Shown here: one piece after another, positions 43,029 through 53,206 of the stretch
How the letters are laid out: each line of letters starts with the position of its first letter
Position numbering within the stretch: position 1 is the first letter of the stretch
NCBI GenBank assembly: GCA_963785725.1
Contig: CAWAWS010000027.1
Location: 32,001 to 96,000, forward strand
DNA from: an uncultured delta proteobacterium
Lineage (GTDB): Bacteria > Myxococcota_A > Polyangia > Palsa-1104
Direction of reading: 5' to 3'
Length of the DNA stretch: 64,000 nucleotides
The notes under the pieces: generated by a model
Told to the model about the DNA's origin: nothing
Databases searched by the model: none
What the model saw: only the letters and a program-made list of their open reading frames with translations
Made by a program: the position numbers and the translations under genes

Positions 43029-44045
43029 ATGAGCATGATGTCGAACCGCTACGCCATCGTCTTCGTCCTCGGTTTCGCCCTCGCCGGCTGCAACTCGCCG
43101 TCGACGGCGCGCAGCACCAGCTGCTCGGCCGGCGCCACGCGCGCCTGCACCTGCAGCGACGGCTCGGCCGCCACGCAGTCGTGCACCAACGGTCAATACG
43201 CCGCCTGCGCCTGCACCGCGCCCGGCGCCACCAGCTGCGGCGATCAAGTCTGCAGCAGCGACGAAACCTGCCTCACCTGCGCCGAGGACTGCGGCCAGTG
43301 CACGTCGTGCACGGTGGCGCCGTCGTGCAGCGACGCCGTCGGGGTGCCCTCGTCGACGACGCGCCGCGACGACCTCGACATCAACCCGAGCTCGTCGTTC
43401 GACATGGCCGGCTTCTCGGCGCCCACCGACTCGGGCGACTGCGGCGGCGCGCAGCTGCGCATGCGCGTCGCCAAAGTGACCGTCGCCAAAGACGGCGGCG
43501 AGATCTACTGCATCGTCACCGCCTCCGACGGCACCAACTCGGAAGCGGCGCTGACGCAGAAGACGATCGACTTGAGCGACGGCCAGTCGAACTTCTTCGA
43601 TCCCGCGTTCGGCGTCTTCTGGGGTCAGAAGGACCTCGAGAAGACCGTCGACAACCTCACGATCACGTACGATTGCTACAAGGTCGGCAGCGACGCGTGG
43701 GCCAACGTGTTGAGCGCGCTCGGCACGGCGTCGCAAGCGGCCGGCGGCATCGCCGGTCCGTACGGCTGGGCGTTCGGCGCGGCTTCGGCGGCGGCGGCGG
43801 CAGCGGCGGCGGCGGCCGCGGCGGCCAGCGGTGACGACCATCTCTTCAACGCGCAGCAGACGATCGACAAATCGACGCTGCTCGACCTGACCAACGGCCG
43901 CACCTGGGACGTCCGCGAGAGCGGCAGCTGCGGCCTGCTGTGCTCGTGGGATTGGACGCTGTCGATCGAGAGCTGGGGCTGCGCCACCGTCAAGACGACG
44001 GTCAGCTCGGCCACGCCGCCGCGCCGCCGGCACCACAAGTCGTAA
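43029..44045 (+). CDS. Cys-rich lipoprotein of unknown function
   Basis: Lipobox LAGC; CSAGATRACTC and CGDQVCSSDETCLTCAEDC modules; poly-Ala hydrophobic segment. Confidence 0.75.
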   Translation: MSMMSNRYAIVFVLGFALAGCNSPSTARSTSCSAGATRACTCSDGSAATQSCTNGQYAACACTAPGATSCGDQVCSSDETCLTCAEDCGQCTSCTVAPSCSDAVGVPSSTTRRDDLDINPSSSFDMAGFSAPTDSGDCGGAQLRMRVAKVTVAKDGGEIYCIVTASDGTNSEAALTQKTIDLSDGQSNFFDPAFGVFWGQKDLEKTVDNLTITYDCYKVGSDAWANVLSALGTASQAAGGIAGPYGWAFGAASAAAAAAAAAAAAASGDDHLFNAQQTIDKSTLLDLTNGRTWDVRESGSCGLLCSWDWTLSIESWGCATVKTTVSSATPPRRRHHKS

Positions 44046-44090
44046 CCGACGCGCGCCGAACGAGCGTCGCGCCGGCCGATCTGCTAGCGT

Positions 44091-44735
44091 TTGCAGGTCG
44101 TGACGCGCTTTTCGGTCGCCTTGGCCTTCGCTCTCGGCTGTTCCGCTTGCGGCGGCGGCGGCGCGACGATCCCGAAGCCCGTCGCCCAGTTCCAAGCGCA
44201 GGACTCCGACGTCGCCGACTTTCCCAGCTGGTATTCGCAGCCCTTCATCGCCGATCCGCTGGCCGACATCGTCTATCCGCCCGGCTCGCGCGTCGGCTTC
44301 ATCAACCACGAAGCCGCGCCGGGAACGACCAGCTATCCCATCGGCACCATCATCATCAAAGCCATCGAGAACGACGACGTGCCGGCGCATTGGGAGCTGT
44401 TCGGCATGTCCAAGCGCGGCGGCGACTACAATGCGGCCGGCGCCATCGGCTGGGACTTCCTCTTGATTCGCTACGAAAACGGGGCGCCGCACATCTATTC
44501 GTCGGGGCTCACGCCCACCGTCGACGGCAACCCCGACATGGGCGCGGTCAACGAAGGCAGCTACTTCGCCGGCGGCCAGATCGCCTGCGACGTCTGCCAC
44601 GGCCTGAAGAAGTACGCGCCCTACGACTTCATCATCGACCATCCGTTCGAGCTCAACCGCGACGCCGGCCCGCCCGATCTCAGCGTCAGCGTGCCCGCCG
44701 ACATGAGCGCCGTCGACGGCGGCGCCGCCATGTAA
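44091..44735 (+). CDS. Cytochrome P460/c'-beta fold-like lipoprotein
   Basis: YPIGTIIIK...GMSKRGGDYN..GWDF...C-terminal CDVCH. Confidence 0.7.
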   Translation: MQVVTRFSVALAFALGCSACGGGGATIPKPVAQFQAQDSDVADFPSWYSQPFIADPLADIVYPPGSRVGFINHEAAPGTTSYPIGTIIIKAIENDDVPAHWELFGMSKRGGDYNAAGAIGWDFLLIRYENGAPHIYSSGLTPTVDGNPDMGAVNEGSYFAGGQIACDVCHGLKKYAPYDFIIDHPFELNRDAGPPDLSVSVPADMSAVDGGAAM

Positions 44736-44760
44736 ACCAGCTGATATAAGCTTATTTAGA

Positions 44761-45333
44761 TCAAAAGTCGCTGAGCTGGAAGCCGGGGTCTTGCACGAAG
44801 TCGTTGGCGCGCGCGCCGGCGTGGCAGCCGTTGCAGTCGACGGCGCTGACCGTCGAATAGACGATGCCCACCGGCGGCTGCTGCCCGCGCCACACGATCC
44901 CCGGCGGATCGGTGGTGATGTCGAGCTCGAACCATTCCCAGCCGGTGGCGCCGCTGGAGTTGTAGTTGCCGCCGCGCTTGGCCATGGCGAACGTCTGATC
45001 GAGCGACAAATCGCCGGCGGTCGCCGTCTCGTGGATCGTCTTGACGAGGATCGTGCCGACGGGAAACGTCGTCGAGCCGTGCGGCGGCGCCTGGTTCAGA
45101 AAGACGGTGCGCAGGTCGGTCGTGTGCGGGCTGCCGTCGGGCGGCGGGCCGTCGATGCTGTGCGACTGCCAATGGCTGAAGCCGGCGAAGTCGGTCGCCT
45201 GAGCCTCGAACAGCTGTAGCCGCACGCTCAGGTCCGGCGGCGCGGTCGACTTGTCCGGCGACGACTTGCAGCCCACGGCCGAGACCGGCAAGAGCGCGAG
45301 GAGCACGCCGCAGCAGGCGTTCGCGCGCGTCAC
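44761..45333 (-). CDS. Cytochrome P460/c'-beta fold-like lipoprotein
   Basis: FPVGTILVK...AMAKRGGNYN..GWEWF...CNGCH..A..NDFV. Confidence 0.78.
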   Translation of the reverse strand: MTRANACCGVLLALLPVSAVGCKSSPDKSTAPPDLSVRLQLFEAQATDFAGFSHWQSHSIDGPPPDGSPHTTDLRTVFLNQAPPHGSTTFPVGTILVKTIHETATAGDLSLDQTFAMAKRGGNYNSSGATGWEWFELDITTDPPGIVWRGQQPPVGIVYSTVSAVDCNGCHAGARANDFVQDPGFQLSDF

Positions 45334-47675
45334 AGGCGCTTCAACACGAGCGTCGCGGCCAGCGCGGCCGGCGCTTTGACGGTGGAGATTTCATGCACGC
45401 AGTCATGATCGCGATCGGGGCCGTCGGCCGGCTGCGACAGCTCGCCGGTGAGCGCGCGCTCGCCTTGCTGCAGGCCGGCGCCGGTGCACTCGCTGGGATA
45501 CTGCACGCTGTTGTCGCCGTTGAAGTCATCCCAGCCGTTGGCGACGAGCTTGTTGGTGCGCACGACGCGCGCGAGCACGGCCGCGGCGACGGTCTCGTCA
45601 CCCGATTGCGTGGCGACGAGCTTCCAATACTGCCGCAGCGCGCCTTGGATCGTGCCGAATGCGGTCGGCGTCCAGGTCATGACGTCGTCGACGCCGGCGG
45701 TCGTGCGATAGGCGCGGACGTCGGTCATCCAGAAGCGGGCGTCGAGATCGGCGTAGATGCGCTCGGCGGCCAGGCGATAGCTGTTGTCGCTCGTCGCCAA
45801 GTAGGCTTCGAGCAGGCCGCGAATGGCGCTCGCCTCCGATTCCAGCTTCGTCGCCGACGGATCGGCGCTGCCGGCGGCCAAGTCGTAACCGTTGGCGACG
45901 GCGCCGCTGCCGTCGACGAGCTTGGCGACGATGAAGTCGGCCTGGGCGCGGATGAGCTGCAGCATGCGCGCGGGCAGCGGCGCCGGCGCCCCCGCTTGCG
46001 ACGTGCCGTCGAGCGCGGTGGGCGCGCCGACGACGTCGGGCGTGTCGTTCGAGTAGAGGACGAGCGTCGACGAGATCGAGCGCAACGCCGCGCGCAGCGC
46101 CACGATCGCGTAGGCGGCATCGACGGTCGTGACGGTGCTGCCGGGCGTGGCGACGCCGGCGGCGACCGTCGCCTCGTCGGCGAGCACGGCGTGCTTGGCG
46201 TCGAAGTGCAGCCGATCGAGGTTCACCAGCGCCACTTTGAGGTTGGCGAGCGCGCGATCGTGCGCCGTGTCTTCCCCATCGGCCAGCTGATCGTCGGCCG
46301 GAAACGGATCGCCGTCGAACGTCGCCAGCGCGCTCGCCTGCCCGCCGACCGACGCGTTGTTGGCGTCGGTGAGCGCGAAGAATTCCGCGAGCCCGCCGAG
46401 GAGGCCCGTCAACCCTGTGAGCGTCGACGTCGCCGTCTGCACCGCGAAGAACGTCGGCTGCGGGAAGTATTGCCACGCATTTCCCGCGGCCGGCGGCGTG
46501 CCCGCGGTCTCGGTCACGGCGACCTCGGCCGGCCACCAGCGCAACGGCGACGTGTAATCGTAGGCCAACGCCGCGCCCGTCGACGGGAAGGCGCCGGCCG
46601 CGAAGATGCCGTCGCTCGTGAGCAGCGACGTCAACAAGAGCGCCGACTTGTTGTCCATCTCCTCGAGCATGGTCAGGCCTTGCCAGCCTTCGAGCGGAAT
46701 GTCGCCCAAGTACGTGCCGGGCACGCCGTACAACAGGCTCACGCCGGTCGGATCGGCCGGATCGGGATACTGCCCGACGACGGTGTTGCTCGGCTGACCG
46801 ACGCGCGCCAGATCGGCCGGCGCGATCACCGTAATGGCGTTGCCGGCGACGTCATGCAGCGACTGCCAATAATTGATGACCCACAAGCCCTGCTTCCACA
46901 TCGCGAAGCCGAGCGCCGCCGGGTCGAGCACCTTCGTCACTTGCTGATCGCGGTTGGGCAGATTCAGCGAGGTGTAACCGCATTCGTAGCCGCCGACGAG
47001 CTGCGCGCCCAAGCTGCTCGCGGCGTAGCCGGCGTTGATGGCGCAGCCGCGCACCGAGCCGGACACCGGCGTGATGCTGGGATCGAACGACTGGAACTCG
47101 ACGAAGACCGGCCAATAGCCGGACCAGCCGTAGACGTCGAGCGGGTTGTCGACGGGCGCGGGCGAGATGACGAGCGAGGTGCCGGCCGGGCCGCCGGCGT
47201 TGCTCTCGACCGCGAACGTCTGCAGCCGATCGCGCAGGAGCGCGAACGCGGCGTCGCCGCTGACGCCTTGCGGGTTCAGGAGCGGCGCGAACTGCAGCGA
47301 CAGCCCGGCGCCCGACTCGAACGACGTGTTGTTCATCGGCTGCTTGGAATATTCGTAGGACTCGATCGCCATCGAGTAGCTGAGCGGATCGAGCGTCGTA
47401 ATGCCGGTGACGGGATCGGTGTAGAGGTCGGGCGTCGTGCTGTAGCGGTTGTAGCCGGCCAAGTTGCGCCCGAGCAGCTGCGCGAACGGCTCACCCGAAA
47501 TCTGCATCTCCATCGACGCGCGAAAGTGGTCGGCGACGTAAAAGCGGCGATCGGTGAGCGTGGCCGTGAATTCAGGACCGACGGGAGTCGGCGGCGCCGG
47601 CGGCTTCGACTTGGCTGCGCCGCCGCCGCACGCGGATGACAAGGCCAGAACGAAGCCGAGCCAACGGCAGCGCAT
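45330..47675 (-). CDS. Large lipoprotein of unknown function
   Basis: Lipobox LSSAC; 781 aa with coding-like bias; stop overlaps the cytochrome start (GTGA). Confidence 0.8.
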   Translation of the reverse strand: MRCRWLGFVLALSSACGGGAAKSKPPAPPTPVGPEFTATLTDRRFYVADHFRASMEMQISGEPFAQLLGRNLAGYNRYSTTPDLYTDPVTGITTLDPLSYSMAIESYEYSKQPMNNTSFESGAGLSLQFAPLLNPQGVSGDAAFALLRDRLQTFAVESNAGGPAGTSLVISPAPVDNPLDVYGWSGYWPVFVEFQSFDPSITPVSGSVRGCAINAGYAASSLGAQLVGGYECGYTSLNLPNRDQQVTKVLDPAALGFAMWKQGLWVINYWQSLHDVAGNAITVIAPADLARVGQPSNTVVGQYPDPADPTGVSLLYGVPGTYLGDIPLEGWQGLTMLEEMDNKSALLLTSLLTSDGIFAAGAFPSTGAALAYDYTSPLRWWPAEVAVTETAGTPPAAGNAWQYFPQPTFFAVQTATSTLTGLTGLLGGLAEFFALTDANNASVGGQASALATFDGDPFPADDQLADGEDTAHDRALANLKVALVNLDRLHFDAKHAVLADEATVAAGVATPGSTVTTVDAAYAIVALRAALRSISSTLVLYSNDTPDVVGAPTALDGTSQAGAPAPLPARMLQLIRAQADFIVAKLVDGSGAVANGYDLAAGSADPSATKLESEASAIRGLLEAYLATSDNSYRLAAERIYADLDARFWMTDVRAYRTTAGVDDVMTWTPTAFGTIQGALRQYWKLVATQSGDETVAAAVLARVVRTNKLVANGWDDFNGDNSVQYPSECTGAGLQQGERALTGELSQPADGPDRDHDCVHEISTVKAPAALAATLVLKRL

Positions 47676-47793
47676 GCGGCCTAAACGGCGTCACCGAGCC
47701 GGCGGGCCGAGTCGCGATCGCGGACGCCGTGCTGCGACGGGCGTCGTGCCTGCGCCGTCGTCGTCTGTCGCTCGTCTCGCAACCGTCCTACCG

Positions 47794-48270
47794 TCATTCG
47801 TCTTCTTTGACCTGCTGGGCCAAGTAATGCGGCTCGCCCATCTGGCTGATGAGCTCGAGCTGCGTCTCCAGCCAATCGGCGTGCTCTTCTTCCGACACCA
47901 AGATGCGCTCGAGCAGCTCGCGCGTCCCGTTGTCGCCTTCGTCGCGGCACAGCTTGATGCCGTCGTTGAGCCGCTTGACCGAGTCTACTTCGACGGCGAG
48001 GTCGAGCGTGAGCTGCTCCTTGACGGTCTGCCCAATATTCACCTTGTTGTACTTCTGCATATTGGGAATGCCGTCGAGATACAGGATGCGCGCGATCAAA
48101 TAATCAGCGTGCTTCATCTCGTCGATCGACTCGGCGCGAATCTTCTTCCACAAGCGCTCGTAGCCCCAGTGATTGCAGAGCCGGGCGTGAATGAAATATT
48201 GGTTGATCGCGGTCAGCTCGGCGGTGAGCACGTCGTTGAGCAGCGTCAGGATCTGTGGGTTGCCCTTCAT
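47794..48270 (-). CDS. bfr: Bacterioferritin
   Basis: MKG..., [18 protein letters not shown] and EEEHADWLE motifs. Confidence 0.97.
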   Translation of the reverse strand: MKGNPQILTLLNDVLTAELTAINQYFIHARLCNHWGYERLWKKIRAESIDEMKHADYLIARILYLDGIPNMQKYNKVNIGQTVKEQLTLDLAVEVDSVKRLNDGIKLCRDEGDNGTRELLERILVSEEEHADWLETQLELISQMGEPHYLAQQVKEDE

Positions 48271-48431
48271 GGTCCCTCCTGGTCGCCGTAGCTAGCCAGA
48301 CGGCGTGGATACGACAGATACGCGGATGAGGGCTCGGATGCCAGCGAAACAGTCATCGACTGTTCGCGGCGGTCTCCGCATCGGTCGCCGCGACGGGCGG
48401 CTGGGCGTGTAACGGCTGCGCGGCGCCTCGC

Positions 48432-48656
48432 TCAGGTGCGCGGCGTACCGAGGCCGATTTGCAGCGGCTGACTGCGATCGTGCGCCGCTTCCAGGCCGCG
48501 CGCGTCCTGCAACATCGTGCACAGCATGTCGCAGCAGCTGCCGCAGTCGGTGCCGGCGCCGCAGGCTTCGCCGATCTCCGACACGGACGCGGCGCCATGG
48601 CGGATGGACTGCTTCACTTCGCCGTCCGAGACGGCGCGGCACACGCAAACGATCAC
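48432..48656 (-). CDS. bfd: Bacterioferritin-associated ferredoxin
   Basis: MIVCVC...GAGTDCGSC; lies upstream of bfr. Confidence 0.93.
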   Translation of the reverse strand: MIVCVCRAVSDGEVKQSIRHGAASVSEIGEACGAGTDCGSCCDMLCTMLQDARGLEAAHDRSQPLQIGLGTPRT

Positions 48657-48702
48657 GAGCGCGCCTCCAGCAACGAGGGTTGGATGTTCGGTTCGTTGAT
48701 AT

Positions 48703-48757
48703 TGAAAACGACTTTCATCTTCACGACAGTTGTAGCCGGATCCAGGCCGCCTGTCAA
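48703..48757 (-). promoter_or_regulatory. bfd promoter with Fur-box-like site
   Basis: Minus-strand TTGACA (48757-48752)-N17-TACAAC; imperfect 7-1-7 TGAAAAC-G-ACTTTCA at 48703-48717. Confidence 0.55.
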
Positions 48758-49003
48758 CCGACCGTTAGCAGCTGCTATCTAGCTGTTACTTATCGCATTT
48801 ACGGAGCCTGCGACCGTCGTCACGGCGCTCGTTCGGCCGGCGCGAGCGAAGCTGTCGGCTGGTGTAATCCTCGTCGCTGGCGTCGCGCTCGGCGGCAGAC
48901 CGCCCGTCGCTGCGACGAGCGGCCGAAGCGACGCGCGGCCTTCCGTCAGCGCGCGGCGCATGCCGCCGTCACGGACGGTCAGCGTGTGCTCGCGGGCCGA
49001 ACG

Positions 49004-49864
49004 TCAGGCGCGCCAGCGGTGTGGGCGCTGGCGCAGCTCGTCGAAGCCGTGACGCGCGCAGAAGGCGGCGAATTCGGCCTCGGGAACCCCGCGCCACGCG
49101 AGCGCGTCCAGGTCTTCGGCGAGCGGCACGTCGCGGCGCAGGCGCGTCAGCGTGCGATAGAGCATGGCGTCGGCGCGGCCGGCGGCGAGCGTCTGCGCCA
49201 GGCGATCGGCGCCGCGTAGACCGGCCGGCCATTTCTTCGGATCGTCGGGAATGTCCTCGAGCCGGCCGAAGCGCGCGAGCACGGCGCCGGCGCTCTTGTT
49301 GCCGAAGCCGGTCAGGCCGGGCACGCCGTCGGCGTCGTCGCCGGTGAGCGCGAGCAGATCGGGGATGCTGGCCGGCGCCACGCCCCAACGGGCGCGCAAC
49401 GCCGCTTCGTCGGTGACCTTGTTGCGGATGCGATCGACCTGCACGACCTTGTCGCCGACGATGCATTGGCCGAGATCCTTGTCCGGCGTCAGGATGCGCA
49501 CCTGGTCGACGGCGTCGGCGAAGCGCGCGGCGGCGGTCGCCAGCGCGTCGTCGGCCTCGAACTCGCGCATCGACCAGACGACGATGCCGAGCGCGCGCGT
49601 GGCCTCTTCGGCGGCGTCGAACTGCGCCAAAATCTCGGGCGCCACACCCTCCTCCGTCTTGTAGCCGGCGAAGAGCTCGTTGCGAAAGCTGCGGATCGGG
49701 TTGTCGAAGGCGACGGCCAGATGCGTGACCGCCTCGTCGCTGTCGGTGAGCAGCTGCAGCAGCGACGCCGCCAGACCGCGCGTGGCCTTTTGCGGCTGAT
49801 CGGGACGCTTGGAGAAGTGCGCGCGAAAGATCTCGAACGTGCCGTCGATCAGATGCAGCCGCAT
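49004..49864 (-). CDS. Stand-alone 5'-3' exonuclease/flap endonuclease (PolA N-terminal-like)
   Basis: LIDG, FRNELFAGYK, FEADD, DKDL and ALTGDDADGVPG motifs. Confidence 0.93.
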   Translation of the reverse strand: MRLHLIDGTFEIFRAHFSKRPDQPQKATRGLAASLLQLLTDSDEAVTHLAVAFDNPIRSFRNELFAGYKTEEGVAPEILAQFDAAEEATRALGIVVWSMREFEADDALATAAARFADAVDQVRILTPDKDLGQCIVGDKVVQVDRIRNKVTDEAALRARWGVAPASIPDLLALTGDDADGVPGLTGFGNKSAGAVLARFGRLEDIPDDPKKWPAGLRGADRLAQTLAAGRADAMLYRTLTRLRRDVPLAEDLDALAWRGVPEAEFAAFCARHGFDELRQRPHRWRA

Positions 49865-49873
49865 GCGCAGAGC

Positions 49874-50782
49874 TTAATTGAAGTCGTAGGCGACTTGCAG
49901 CGTGACCTGCGGACCGACCGACTGCGTCCCTTGCATGACCGTGATGACCGGCGCATCGACGACGACGCGCAACAGCAGATCGCGCCACGGGTTGGTCAAG
50001 AAGGCGCCGACGAGGAAGCCGGTCGTGCCGCCCGAGTTGGGCACGAGGTTGCCGTTGCCGAGATAGTCCGCGCGCTCCCACAAGAGGTCGGCACCAAGCT
50101 GAATCGCGCCCCAGCTCCACGGCTGCAGCTGCAGCACCGCCGTGCCGCCGATGGTGGCGCCGCGCAGGTAGCTGTCGAAGCCGTGCGTCGTCAAGCGACC
50201 GCTCGCCGACGCAAAGAACGACAACAGCTCGCCCGAGAACCAGCCGTAGGTGACGCCGAGATAGGGATCCCACGAGCCGGAGCCGGGGCGATCGTCGCTG
50301 TCGACGGGGAAGCCGTTGGTGTCGCGGCTCTCGCGGCCGGTCGGGAACTTGAGGCCGACGCCGGCCCACAACACGTGATGGGGCGCGAACGACTTCTCCT
50401 GGTACAAGACGACGCGGCCGGCCAGCTCGACGTCGCCGAGGCCGGTCACCGTCGAGCGCGGCACGCCGGCGCGACGAATCCAGCTGGTCATCCAGGGCAC
50501 GACCAAGGCGACGGTGACGCGCTTTTGCGGCGACCAGCTGGCGGCGAGCGACTGGCGCAAGAAGGTGGTGTGCTCGCCGGTGGCGTCGTCGCCGAGGACG
50601 AGCGAGCCGTAGCGCTCTTCGAGCAGCACGCGGATGCGGTTGCGATAAGGCCGCTCGACGCCGGTCGCGGTCAACGTGTTGTCGCCGCAGCCGCACGACG
50701 CGCAGGCGTGAGCCGATTGCCTGCCAAGGCAGCTCATGGCGACGGCGAGGATCAACGAGGCGTAGCGACTGCGAGACGACAT
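49874..50782 (-). CDS. Outer-membrane beta-barrel 'transporter' family protein with N-terminal CxxCxC
   Basis: Signal ending AHA followed by CASCGC; GLGDV, GLKFPTG and PGSGSWD motifs; amphipathic terminal strand. Confidence 0.75.
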   Translation of the reverse strand: MSSRSRYASLILAVAMSCLGRQSAHACASCGCGDNTLTATGVERPYRNRIRVLLEERYGSLVLGDDATGEHTTFLRQSLAASWSPQKRVTVALVVPWMTSWIRRAGVPRSTVTGLGDVELAGRVVLYQEKSFAPHHVLWAGVGLKFPTGRESRDTNGFPVDSDDRPGSGSWDPYLGVTYGWFSGELLSFFASASGRLTTHGFDSYLRGATIGGTAVLQLQPWSWGAIQLGADLLWERADYLGNGNLVPNSGGTTGFLVGAFLTNPWRDLLLRVVVDAPVITVMQGTQSVGPQVTLQVAYDFN

Positions 50783-50786
50783 GCTC

Positions 50787-51335
50787 CTACTTCGCCGGCG
50801 GATATTTGCGCAGCTTGAGCTGCAAGGAGCGACGGTGCAGCCCGAGCCGGCGCGCGGCCTCCGAGATGTTGCCGCCGCAATCGCCGAGGACGCGCTGAAT
50901 GTGCTCCCACTCGGCGCGCGCCAGCGTCGGCGCCGGAAACTCGGCGTGCACTTCGGTCGCGCCTTCGTCGCGCGTCAACGCCGCCAAGATCTCGTCGACG
51001 TCGGCGGGCTTGGGCAGGTAGTGGGTCGCGCCCAGCTTCACGGCTTCGACGGCGGTAGCGATGCTGCCGTAACCGGTGAGGACGACGATGCGCGTGGTGT
51101 CGTCGATGGCCTTGAGATCGCGCACGACCTCGAGGCCCGAGCGGCCCGGCATCTTCAAATCCACGACGGCGAACTGCGGCGAATCGGCGCGCGCCGACTC
51201 CATGGCCGCGTCGTAATCGTGCGCGGCGCGCACGTCGTAGCCGCGATCGGTCAGGGCGCGCGTCATGCGCTTGCGGAAGGCGTCATCATCGTCGACGAGC
51301 AGAATCGACGCGCGGACGTCCTCCAAGTGAGCCAC
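50787..51335 (-). CDS. regA: RegA/PrrA-family response regulator
   Basis: LTGYGSIATAVEAVKLGA..YLPKPA and EWEHIQRVL..CGGNISEAARRLGLHRRSLQ motifs. Confidence 0.93.
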   Translation of the reverse strand: MAHLEDVRASILLVDDDDAFRKRMTRALTDRGYDVRAAHDYDAAMESARADSPQFAVVDLKMPGRSGLEVVRDLKAIDDTTRIVVLTGYGSIATAVEAVKLGATHYLPKPADVDEILAALTRDEGATEVHAEFPAPTLARAEWEHIQRVLGDCGGNISEAARRLGLHRRSLQLKLRKYPPAK

Positions 51336-51347
51336 GACTATGAATTA

Positions 51348-52631
51348 TCAGACAACGGGCGGCGCGCCGATGCGATCATTCTTCGCAGGGGAAATAGTCC
51401 CCGCACCGGCGGGTAGAGTCACCAGCGCGCGCGTGCCGCCGCCTTCGCGCGCCGACAGCGCCAGTTGGCCGCCGAGCTGCTCGACCACGGTGCGCGTGAG
51501 GAACAGGCCGAGGCCCATGCCGCGACCGGGCTCCTTCGTCGTGAAGAACGGCTCGCCGGCGCGGGCCAAGATGGCTTCGGCCATGCCGCTGCCGCGATCG
51601 AGCACCTCGATGCGGACCTCGACCTCCGTAAATGACGCCGAAAGCTGCACCGGCGTATGCGTTTGCGAGGCGTCCTGCGCGTTCTTGAGCAGCGACTTGA
51701 CCGCTTGCGCGACGGCGCGCGGCGGCACGCACAGCTTCTGACCATTGATGGTGCTCAAGTCGACTTCGATCGGCGGCTCGGCGCGCAGACCGTCGACGGC
51801 GAGGCGCAGGAGGTCGGCCACCGGCACGTCGCGCGAGGGCTCGCCGGCCGACTGCCCCGCTTCGGCGGCCATGCTGTCGAGGATGCCGCGGCAGCGGCTC
51901 ACCTGCGCGCGAATGAGCTGCACATCCTCGACGGCGTCGGCGTCGGCGAGCGAGCCGAGGCGCCGTTCGAGCTCCTTGGCCGCCAGCGCGATGGTGCCGA
52001 GCGGCGTCGCCAATTCGTGCGCGGCGCCGGCGGCCAGCGTCGCCAGCGAGGCCAGCCGCTCTTGGCGCGCGCCGCGGCGCTGCGCGGCGACGAGGTCGAG
52101 CTCGCGCGCCTCCAAGTCGCGGCGGACGCGCATGAGGAAGTAGACGATGAACGTGGCGGCGACGCCGAACGCCACCCACATGCCGCGCAAGTGCAGCTGC
52201 ATGTGATCGCCGCGCGACGTCAGCGCCTCGCGCGGCCCGACGAACAGCGCGCCCGAGCCGACGAGCGACACCAGCACCAGCGTCCACGTCCAGCGCGCGC
52301 GCAAGATCACCGCCGCCAGCGCGATCTCCACCAAATACAGGAACGAGAAGGGGTTGAACGGGCCGCCCGTCAAATGCAGCAGCGCCGTCAAGAGGAGCAC
52401 GTCGAGCGTCATGACGAGGCCGCACCACCACTCGGGCGGCGTGCGCCGGCGCGCGGCCACGACGCACACGATGTTGCTGACGAGCTCGACGGCGATGACG
52501 GCGAACAGCGCGGTCAACGGCAACTCGACGCCGACGACGCGGGCGACGCCGAGGATGGTCACGATCTGCCCGGCAATCGCGCCCCAACGCAGCTTGATGA
52601 GCCAGGAGAAGTTGATCGCTTCGCGCGTCAT
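51348..52631 (-). CDS. regB: RegB/PrrB-family redox sensor kinase
   Basis: LRWGAIAGQ, GGPFNPF, AAHELATPL and RCRGIL motifs. Confidence 0.93.
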   Translation of the reverse strand: MTREAINFSWLIKLRWGAIAGQIVTILGVARVVGVELPLTALFAVIAVELVSNIVCVVAARRRTPPEWWCGLVMTLDVLLLTALLHLTGGPFNPFSFLYLVEIALAAVILRARWTWTLVLVSLVGSGALFVGPREALTSRGDHMQLHLRGMWVAFGVAATFIVYFLMRVRRDLEARELDLVAAQRRGARQERLASLATLAAGAAHELATPLGTIALAAKELERRLGSLADADAVEDVQLIRAQVSRCRGILDSMAAEAGQSAGEPSRDVPVADLLRLAVDGLRAEPPIEVDLSTINGQKLCVPPRAVAQAVKSLLKNAQDASQTHTPVQLSASFTEVEVRIEVLDRGSGMAEAILARAGEPFFTTKEPGRGMGLGLFLTRTVVEQLGGQLALSAREGGGTRALVTLPAGAGTISPAKNDRIGAPPVV

Positions 52632-53206
52632 GAGCCGATCTTGAAGCTATACGATCGACTCAAATAAGGCCCGAACTGCTGGATGTTGGCCGAGATCGTC
52701 ATGCGGTAGAAGTCGATGCTGACGGTGTGGCCTTTCCAGGCGGCCCATTGCGCGTCGGGCGGCGTCCACTCTTGCAACGTCGTGATGATGCGCCAGACGT
52801 AGGCGCCGTCGACGAAGACGTGCAGGTCGTAGATGTCGCCGGTCTGCACCGGTAGATGCAGCGTCGTGAGCGCGCCCGCGTTGAACTGCGGGCAGCAGGC
52901 GTCGCAGTTGGCGGTGCCGTCCATGTAGGGCACGTCGCCGGTGGGCGCGCCGGCGCTCGTCGGCGACTGGTTCCACTGCACGATCGCCTTGTCGGCGAAG
53001 GCGATGGTGGCGCCGTCGCTCGGCTGCGTCATCTGCGGCGCGTTGACGAGGTCGGGCTGCAGGTTGGGCGCGGCGTCTTCGGCGTCTTCGAGCAGCCGAT
53101 ATTGCTCGTCGCCGCCGCAGCCGGTGTATTCATCGGCCGCGCGATGCGCCGCCGCTCCGCCGCAGCCGCCGCACACGACGCAGGCGACGAGCGCGAGCCA
53201 CTTCAT
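52628..53206 (-). CDS. Hypothetical lipoprotein with a CDACC motif
   Basis: Lipobox-like CGGC; ATGA overlaps on both sides. Confidence 0.75.
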   Translation of the reverse strand: MKWLALVACVVCGGCGGAAAHRAADEYTGCGGDEQYRLLEDAEDAAPNLQPDLVNAPQMTQPSDGATIAFADKAIVQWNQSPTSAGAPTGDVPYMDGTANCDACCPQFNAGALTTLHLPVQTGDIYDLHVFVDGAYVWRIITTLQEWTPPDAQWAAWKGHTVSIDFYRMTISANIQQFGPYLSRSYSFKIGS

